Shown piece after piece: positions 25,780 to 32,000 of a stretch of DNA of 32,000 nucleotides. Location of the stretch: NCBI RefSeq assembly GCF_037902255.1, contig NZ_CP147990.1, positions 3,780,001 to 3,812,000 of the forward strand. Reading direction: 5' to 3'. Source of the DNA: Candidatus Electrothrix sp. GW3-4 (lineage in GTDB: Bacteria > Desulfobacterota > Desulfobulbia > Desulfobulbales > Desulfobulbaceae). The first letter of the stretch is position 1. Every line of letters starts with the position of its first letter. The notes beneath the pieces are model-generated. The model was not told the origin of the DNA, did no database searches, and saw only the letters and a list, made by a program, of their open reading frames with translations. A program made the translations under genes and the position numbers.

Positions 25780-27933
25780 TTACTTCCTCTTACCCGATCT
25801 TCGCTCACCCTCATCCCTCCTTTTTTTCCCTTTTAAGCGAACCGGGGCCTGCACCGCCTTCAGATACTGCTTCCCGATGGCAAGATCAACTGCCTGCACA
25901 GACTCTTCTCCTGTCCTTTCCGATTCAGCAACACAAATACACCCTCCTAAACGCTCGGAAAAATCCAGATTGGCCTCATAGAGAAAACAGCTTGCCGCAG
26001 CCCTGCCCTTTTCCGTAGTAATGGGGCTGCGGCTGTCACCAGCCTTTTTGCGCCGTTCCAAACGGCTGTCCTGGGGATAGAGCAGGCAAAGCTCCTCCTG
26101 GGCTCGGGTCATAGCGACATAAAAAAGACGACGTTCGTCTTCAATGTCTTCAACCTCCTGTTCGCCCTTCTCCTGACGAAAGGGCACTGCCCCCTCTTCC
26201 AGGCCGGGCAGGATCACCAAGGGCCATTCCAGCCCCTTGGCCCGATGAATAGAGGTAATAAGAAGGCTCTCCTGTTCCCTGGTATACTTTTTCCCTGCCC
26301 CTTTCTCAGCAAGCCTTTCTATCTCACAGAGGAAATCGTCTACACTCAACCCCGTCTTCTGGGCAAAACGAACAAAGGAGCGGCAGGTTTTGATCTTATT
26401 TTCTGCAAGAGCGGGCCGGGCAGCATAGAGAAAATGGGCATAGAGATCGCTCTCCTCTATGAGGGTATTCAGCACGGTGAAGGCCCTTATTTGGGGTGAC
26501 ATCCTGCCAACCTTCCGCCAGACATCGGCCAAATCCAACATCCTGGAGGCCAGATAGGGCGAGTTGGCTTCATCAGCATAATGCTCAATCAAGGCGTCAG
26601 CTGCACCTGGATTCTGGAGAATATTATGGGCCAGGGCATGAAGACGATCTTTTTTGAGCCAGAGATGAGGATGGGTAAGCATGGCAAGAACCGTGGCAAA
26701 ACCCGTTTCCTGCTCCCCTGCCCCCTGTAAACTGCCTTGACAAAGCCGCAGATAGCCCAACAAGGCCCTGATCTCCGGGCAGCTGAACACCGTTTCAGAA
26801 CCTACAAGGCGATAGGGAATATTATACTCCAGCAGAGCCAACTCCACCGGAACGGACTGGGCATAGATCCTGACCAGGACTGCCGCCTCATCAAGCCCTC
26901 TGTTCGCCCTTTGCCAGTCCTGCAGAATACCGATAAGGGGATGAACTTTGCCTTCAGGAAAAGAGCGGATGCGGGTATCGGGATTTCCAGACCAGGCCAG
27001 GCAGAGCTTCCGGTCCCGCAGCCTGTTATTGGAGATAAGATGATTGGCTGCCAAGGCAAGCCGGTGGCCATAGCGAAAGCTATAGCTCAGAGTATAGGTC
27101 GTTGGCCGGGGAAAATCACGGGCAAAACGGGACACAATATACTCTGGTTGAGCGCCGCGCCACTCATAAATACATTGATCCACATCACCAACCACCATAA
27201 CCTGGGCGCGTTGCCCGGCAATGTGGACCAGGAGCTGTTGCTGCACCTCATTAATATCTTGGTATTCATCAACAATAATATGATCCACATGATCAGCAAC
27301 CCAGCTGGCCAGCTCCTCTTGCTGCTGCATTGCCATGACCGGTTCGTGAATCAAATCCTGATAAAAACGGAGCCGGGCCGCCTTGCGCAGGGACTCAAAG
27401 CCCCTGTAGGCGCCCAGGTAATAAGAGAGCTGCTCCTCAAACCCGCAGGCAACAAAGACCTCCTGCGGGGCAGCGACATCAGACTTGACCCTGCTGATAA
27501 AGAGCAGAAAGCCCTCAACCCCCTCCTTGGAAGACCACGACTCATCGCCGTCAGCCTCTGCTGCATATTTTTTTATGGCCTCCCTGGCCAGCCTCTCTAC
27601 CTGAAATTCTTCCGTGACTAATCGATATCGGGGAAGATGCTGTCTGGCCGTAAAACTCTCAACCAGCCGGAGCCCGAGAGAATGGAAGGTACGCACAGCC
27701 GGTGACCGGAGACCCGTCCCCTGAAGGGACCGATGCAGTCGCTCTGCAAAAACAAAGCGGGCAGAGCGATTGAACATCAGCACCAGGATCTTCTCCGCTG
27801 CGATACCTTGCCGCAGAAGATGACCAACCCGACCTATCATGGCAGTGGTCTTACCTGAGCCAGCCACAGCACTGACCCGGGCATGACCTCTGCCATGCCG
27901 AATAATATCCTCCTGCTCTCTGGTCAGACGCAT
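25780..27933 (-). CDS. UvrD/Rep/PcrA-family ATP-dependent DNA helicase
   Basis: 717 aa. Walker A VAGSGKTT and motif II IIVDEYQDIN are present, along with a C-terminal helicase region (TSIHRAKGLEWP). Confidence 0.9.
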   Translation of the reverse strand: MRLTREQEDIIRHGRGHARVSAVAGSGKTTAMIGRVGHLLRQGIAAEKILVLMFNRSARFVFAERLHRSLQGTGLRSPAVRTFHSLGLRLVESFTARQHLPRYRLVTEEFQVERLAREAIKKYAAEADGDESWSSKEGVEGFLLFISRVKSDVAAPQEVFVACGFEEQLSYYLGAYRGFESLRKAARLRFYQDLIHEPVMAMQQQEELASWVADHVDHIIVDEYQDINEVQQQLLVHIAGQRAQVMVVGDVDQCIYEWRGAQPEYIVSRFARDFPRPTTYTLSYSFRYGHRLALAANHLISNNRLRDRKLCLAWSGNPDTRIRSFPEGKVHPLIGILQDWQRANRGLDEAAVLVRIYAQSVPVELALLEYNIPYRLVGSETVFSCPEIRALLGYLRLCQGSLQGAGEQETGFATVLAMLTHPHLWLKKDRLHALAHNILQNPGAADALIEHYADEANSPYLASRMLDLADVWRKVGRMSPQIRAFTVLNTLIEESDLYAHFLYAARPALAENKIKTCRSFVRFAQKTGLSVDDFLCEIERLAEKGAGKKYTREQESLLITSIHRAKGLEWPLVILPGLEEGAVPFRQEKGEQEVEDIEDERRLFYVAMTRAQEELCLLYPQDSRLERRKKAGDSRSPITTEKGRAAASCFLYEANLDFSERLGGCICVAESERTGEESVQAVDLAIGKQYLKAVQAPVRLKGKKRRDEGERRSGKRK

Positions 27934-28039
27934 AAAGAGGAGGTACGATCAGCGCATGATAACCAGCAGGAAAGGCTCATCATATGAGAGAAGCGGGTCG
28001 CCTGAACATGAAAGCAACAAGGGGAGGCAGGGAGAGTGA

Positions 28040-28348
28040 TCAGAGCAGACCGTCTGCTGTGGGGTCACCCGCCGTATCTTCCAGCTCCTCATCTTCATCA
28101 ACAGACGGAGAAATCTCAGGAGTAAGGGTCTTATTGGGCGCACGAAAGGATCTGGGGAGTTTTGATTCTGGCAGGACATGTTCTCTGATCTTCTCAACTT
28201 CTTTAGAGAGATCATGGTCCTGCTGGCAGACTTCACAGTCTTTAATATGCTGATCAATGAACTGCATCATACGGGCAGGAGCCATAGTTTCCTGCTTCAC
28301 GTGTGTATACCAGTCCTTGGTAAGACGAATTAATTGATTACATTGCAT
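28040..28348 (-). CDS. Small hypothetical protein with an Hx3Cx2C motif (zf-HC2/anti-sigma-like) and an acidic tail
   Basis: 102 aa. Contains QHIKDCEVCQ. It sits on the same strand as the helicase, just upstream of it. I preferred this frame over the overlapping ORF 27949-28257. Confidence 0.5.
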   Translation of the reverse strand: MQCNQLIRLTKDWYTHVKQETMAPARMMQFIDQHIKDCEVCQQDHDLSKEVEKIREHVLPESKLPRSFRAPNKTLTPEISPSVDEDEELEDTAGDPTADGLL

Positions 28349-28531
28349 GGGAAAACAGTGAGTATATTCGGTGGTTGATAAATAATCAGAAAACCCAAAA
28401 AAATATCTCTTGCGACCAATATTGCCGGGTTTCCATCATCCGAAGAAATGCGATTATTATAATAATAAGTTGTTTTTCAGGTCAATAGTTATTATATAGT
28501 ATATTGTGTTCTATTGCGTAGAGCTGCTGTC

Positions 28532-28629
28532 GGAAGTGGAAAGGGTACTGGTGGCCCTCCCGGACTTCAAATCCGGTGTGCCGGGTGAACAGCTCGGCAG
28601 GTGGGTTCGATTCCCATGCACTTCCGCCA
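28532..28629 (+). tRNA. selC: tRNA-Sec (anticodon UCA) with encoded CCA
   Basis: The acceptor stem pairs GGAAGTG with CACTTCC, followed by G-CCA. The anticodon loop is CTTCAAA within CCGGACTTCAAATCCGG. There is a long variable arm (TGTGCCGGGTGAACAGCTCGGCAG) and a T arm GTGGG-TTCGATT-CCCAT. It is 98 nt long and closely parallels the E. coli selC layout as I recall it. Confidence 0.85.
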
Positions 28630-28750
28630 TCTTATGCAGTTCATATCTACCCCTTCCGCTGATCGGGTCCAAGCCCGTTTTCTTCAACTCCGGGAGTGCT
28701 GTTCAATTTCAAAATTCCAAAACAACGGGGTTCGCCCTGAACAAAGAGGA

Positions 28751-29368
28751 ATGCCTGAAAAACTACCACGCAGCCTTCCCTGCCTTGATATTCAAGCCGG
28801 TATCAAACAGCTTGAAGGGAACAAAGACCTCTATAGCAAACTGCTGAAAAAATTTGCTGAATGCAATCATGATTTGGTCGAAAAAATAGCAGGTCATCTG
28901 GCGAATAACCAGGATAAAAAAGCCCGTCTCCTGGCCCATTCCACAAAAGGCGTCTCTGGAAGTATTGGGGCAACAGAACTCTATCTCGCCTCTGCCGCCT
29001 TAGAGAGTGCTATTACGCAGGGAAAACCAGAAAAAGCATTACACGACTTTGCCACCACCCTCAGGACTGTTCTCCAATCTATCACGGCTCTTCTCCACGA
29101 CCAAGAACATAATGATCCGCCCCCTGCTGCTGGAAAGGATCTGGACCTGGAGGCACTTTCCCCGCTCCTGAATGAGCTTGACACCCTTCTCCAGACCGGA
29201 GACTTCAAGGCCTTAGAGAGCTACGTCGCCCTGCAACAAGCCGTTGGCGAGACAGTCATCGCAGAAGAGGTCAATTCCTGGGAGGCATCTCTCAATCTCT
29301 TTGAGTATAAACAGGTCGCGGAAAAGCTGGCAATGCTCCAGATCAAACTCCGTAACCGTTCCCTTTAA
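28751..29368 (+). CDS. Hpt (histidine phosphotransfer) domain protein
   Basis: In frame with track ORF 28601-29368, whose 5' part overlaps the tRNA. The Hpt opening is LDIQAGIKQLEGNKDLYSKLLKKFAE and the phospho-His motif is LAHSTKGVSGSIGA. The start at ATG 28751 is tentative because the GAGG lies very close to the ATG. Confidence 0.75.
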   Translation: MPEKLPRSLPCLDIQAGIKQLEGNKDLYSKLLKKFAECNHDLVEKIAGHLANNQDKKARLLAHSTKGVSGSIGATELYLASAALESAITQGKPEKALHDFATTLRTVLQSITALLHDQEHNDPPPAAGKDLDLEALSPLLNELDTLLQTGDFKALESYVALQQAVGETVIAEEVNSWEASLNLFEYKQVAEKLAMLQIKLRNRSL

Positions 29369-29397
29369 GCCCCGCTCTTTTTCTGTCCAGAAGACGC

Positions 29398-32000
29398 TCA
29401 GGAGTACTCCTGAATAATTTCACGAATCAAATTGAGTGCATTCTTGAAATGAAATCCCTCAATATAACCTGTCATCCTTACCAGGGACGATTCATCCATC
29501 AGATCTCTCACAACATCCTGATTCCCCTCTAAGAACTGCAAGGAAGAAAAATCAGATTGCTCCAGGAGAAGCGCCAGCCGCTGCAGGATTTGCAGGGCCT
29601 TGCGGCGATCATCGTCATTCAGCGGTTCCGTCCTCGCCACCTGCTTGTTCTGCTTTTCCTCCTTCTCAACACGGGGAACGAGGTAATCAATGATCCGGCC
29701 CAGTTCCAAGGTAAGCGCATGGAAAACATCCTGAAAATCTTCAGCTGTTCCATAACTCGCTTTCTGTTCAGCCTGACTTGATAACTTCTGCAGATTCGAC
29801 ATGCCGATATTCCCGGCAACCCCTTTAAGACCATGGGCAAAAAGGAGGGCTTCTTTCCTATCATCCCTTTTAAGGAAGACCGGTATCTTGTCCAGAGATT
29901 CCTGCTGCTCCCGGCAAAAACTCCTGAGCAATTTCAAGTATAATTTTTCATTTCCTTCAACACGCTGAAGCCCTTCAGCAAAATCAATACCCGCTGGGGC
30001 CTCTCCTCTCTCTGCCTCAGCAAGGAGTTGTTGCAGTGGATCAACGATATTCCTCTCCTGCAAGGAAGGAGCGGAGAGCTGTCCGGCCTCAGCATCCTGC
30101 TTCCCGCTATTATGCCGACCAGCTGTTTCTCCAACCCATTTGCTCAACGCCAAAAAGAGATTATTCCGGTTAATCGGCTTAGCAATATGATCGTTCATAC
30201 CGATCTGGAAGCATTTATCCCGCTCTTCGCTCACGGCATGGGCCGTCATGGCAAGGATGGGCAGATCTGTTTTTCCCAGGTCCTGACGAATCGCCTTTGT
30301 TGCCTCATACCCATCCATAACCGGCATCTGAATATCCATGAGCACGGCATCAAAATCTCTGGCAGCCACAGCCTCAACCGCCTCTTTTCCATTACAGACC
30401 GTTTCCACATGCAGGTTTGCCTTGGCAAGGATCTCCTGAGCCACCTGTTGGTTGATCATATTATCCTCAACCAGCAAAATACGCGCATAGCGGATGGCCG
30501 TCATAGCTGCTGCGGTTTCACTTGTGCCACTGGTACCCTCGTTTTCTTTTTCCAGACCATTGAGGGCAAAACTCAGGGAGAAAGAAAAACTACTCCCGCG
30601 TCCCACCTCACTCTCCACAGACAACTTGCCCCCCATGAGCGAGACCAGTCGTTTACAGATCGTGAGCCCGAGGCCCGTGCCCCCGTATTTCCTTGCCGTG
30701 GAATTATCCGCCTGGGTAAAGGACTCAAAAAGAAGGGCTATTTTTTCCTGGGCAATCCCGATCCCGGTATCGCTGACAGTGAATTGGATAACTGCACGGT
30801 CTAATCTATGCTGCACGACCTTGGCTTGAACAATAATCTCCCCCTCATCAGTAAATTTAATAGCATTACCAATGAGATTGGACAAGACCTGATACAGACG
30901 CATGGGATCACCGATAACATGTTCCGGCAGATCCGAGGACAGATCAAGAATGAGTTGCAGATTCTTGCGCTGACTCTGCTCAGTGAACATCAACATCAAC
31001 TTATCAAACAGGCCAGACAGACCAAAATAGATCTTTTCAAGCGTGAGCATTCCGGCTTCAATCTTTGAAAAATCCAGGATATCATTAATTATCTCTAAAA
31101 GATTCTTGGAAGAAAAAAGAATCTTCTTCATATAATCAGACTGTTTATCGGTCAGCTCCGTTTCCAGGGCCAATTCAGAGAGATTGATAATACCGTTCAT
31201 CGGCGTCCTGATTTCATGGCTCATATTGGCCAGGAATTCAGACTTGGCAAGAGTGGCAGCATGGGCCTTATCCATAGCCTTGGTCAGCTCCCGATTCGAC
31301 TTTTCCAGCCGCTGGCGATAGGAAAGAAAAAGGGTTCGAACCTTATGAGAAAACAGCAGGGAGATACACAGGGCGCCGAGGAGGATAAAACAAAAAATGG
31401 CAAGAGAGATCCGTATCTTTTCGCGAAAGAGCTTTTTATGTTGTTCTTTAATGCGGTCGATTTGTTCAATCAGATCATCAAAGTAAAAGCCCCGGGCAAT
31501 AATCCAACTCCATTTTGGATAGAGTTTAAAATAGGACATCTTAGGACGGACTTCATCGCTTCCTGGTTTTTTATCCCGGTATTTGACAAAGACTTCACCA
31601 TGCTCTTTGAGACCGTTGAGAAATTTTTCCCGAAATTTTTCCCCTTCAGAGTCCTGATACTCATCACTGAGAAGGTTATTGATCGGATCCGGCTGATTAG
31701 GATTCACCAGCATGGTGGCGAATTTTTTGCCGCCCTTCATACTGCGGAGATCCAGGACGAACATATACTCGTTATCAGTTCGGTTGGCGTGCTGATTGAT
31801 GATGTTGGTGACATGCTGCTGGGCATCACGTTCAACTTCAACCAGATAATCACCTGCCCCGATATACCAGTCAAAGGGCTCAAAATGCTTTATATAGGCT
31901 ATTTTCTGAAAGAGTTTATCAGGGTCCTCTCCAGGCTTGGGCCAGAGATATTCATTGAATCCGCTACCGTGATGGCGGACAGTGGCAAACATACTGTTAA
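29398..32000 (-). CDS. Hybrid sensor histidine kinase (Cache-like sensor, TM, HisKA, HATPase, REC, Hpt). The N-terminus probably lies beyond the window.
   Basis: H-box MSHEIRTPMNGI is present. HATPase motifs are DTGIGI and GGTGLGL. REC is shown by ILLVEDNMINQQV...DAVLMDIQMPVMDG. Hpt is shown by FAHGLKGVAGNIG. The TM segment is ISLAIFCFILLGALCISLLF. The frame stays open upstream of the first Met (31992) to the window end. Confidence 0.9.
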   Translation of the reverse strand, partial: NSMFATVRHHGSGFNEYLWPKPGEDPDKLFQKIAYIKHFEPFDWYIGAGDYLVEVERDAQQHVTNIINQHANRTDNEYMFVLDLRSMKGGKKFATMLVNPNQPDPINNLLSDEYQDSEGEKFREKFLNGLKEHGEVFVKYRDKKPGSDEVRPKMSYFKLYPKWSWIIARGFYFDDLIEQIDRIKEQHKKLFREKIRISLAIFCFILLGALCISLLFSHKVRTLFLSYRQRLEKSNRELTKAMDKAHAATLAKSEFLANMSHEIRTPMNGIINLSELALETELTDKQSDYMKKILFSSKNLLEIINDILDFSKIEAGMLTLEKIYFGLSGLFDKLMLMFTEQSQRKNLQLILDLSSDLPEHVIGDPMRLYQVLSNLIGNAIKFTDEGEIIVQAKVVQHRLDRAVIQFTVSDTGIGIAQEKIALLFESFTQADNSTARKYGGTGLGLTICKRLVSLMGGKLSVESEVGRGSSFSFSLSFALNGLEKENEGTSGTSETAAAMTAIRYARILLVEDNMINQQVAQEILAKANLHVETVCNGKEAVEAVAARDFDAVLMDIQMPVMDGYEATKAIRQDLGKTDLPILAMTAHAVSEERDKCFQIGMNDHIAKPINRNNLFLALSKWVGETAGRHNSGKQDAEAGQLSAPSLQERNIVDPLQQLLAEAERGEAPAGIDFAEGLQRVEGNEKLYLKLLRSFCREQQESLDKIPVFLKRDDRKEALLFAHGLKGVAGNIGMSNLQKLSSQAEQKASYGTAEDFQDVFHALTLELGRIIDYLVPRVEKEEKQNKQVARTEPLNDDDRRKALQILQRLALLLEQSDFSSLQFLEGNQDVVRDLMDESSLVRMTGYIEGFHFKNALNLIREIIQEYS

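Noticed and set aside
27949-28257. An alternative 102-aa ORF overlapping 28040-28348 in another frame
   Set aside because: Its composition is Ser/Arg/Leu-rich with no motifs. The competing frame has an Hx3Cx2C motif and a more protein-like composition. Neither frame is certain.
28532-28629. selC as the integration site of the CRISPR island
   Set aside because: tRNA-Sec genes are classic island insertion sites. However, I found no integrase, no direct repeat of the tRNA 3' end, and about 6 kb of housekeeping genes (hemL, atp, helicase) separating it from the island.
28601-28750. The upstream 50 codons of the Hpt ORF
   Set aside because: This stretch overlaps the 3' part of the tRNA-Sec gene. 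The Hpt domain begins right after the Met at 28751.

Overview
The left two thirds of the window (1 to about 22200) is a CRISPR-Cas defence island. The right third is housekeeping. The island holds a complete type III-B operon on the + strand (cmr1, cas10/cmr2, cmr3, cmr4, cmr5, cmr6; 2378-9636), with stop and start codons overlapping. Two minus-strand cas6 paralogues, about 85% identical, bracket the operon. Two large + strand CRISPR arrays follow, each with its own repeat variant: 33 repeats of 36 nt at 12121-14396 and 43 repeats of 37 nt at 17227-20258. No cas1 or cas2 is visible. Accessory content is a CARF-like gene start at the left edge, a HepT/MntA toxin-antitoxin pair, and an AT-rich block. 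That block gives Cmr6 a C-terminal tail of about 146 aa and encodes a small single-pass membrane protein. A BrnT/BrnA pair sits between the last perfect repeat of array 1 and a 34/36 orphan repeat. Two AAA-ATPase-like/PD-(D/E)XK paralogues each sit directly behind a CRISPR repeat, a 30-nt perfect palindrome and an identical trailer of about 230 bp. The housekeeping part contains hemL, atpZ-atpI-atpB-atpE, a bidirectional terminator, a UvrD-like helicase, a small Hx3Cx2C protein, tRNA-Sec, an Hpt protein and a hybrid sensor kinase that runs off the right edge. All calls rest on reading motifs by eye. No database search was run.
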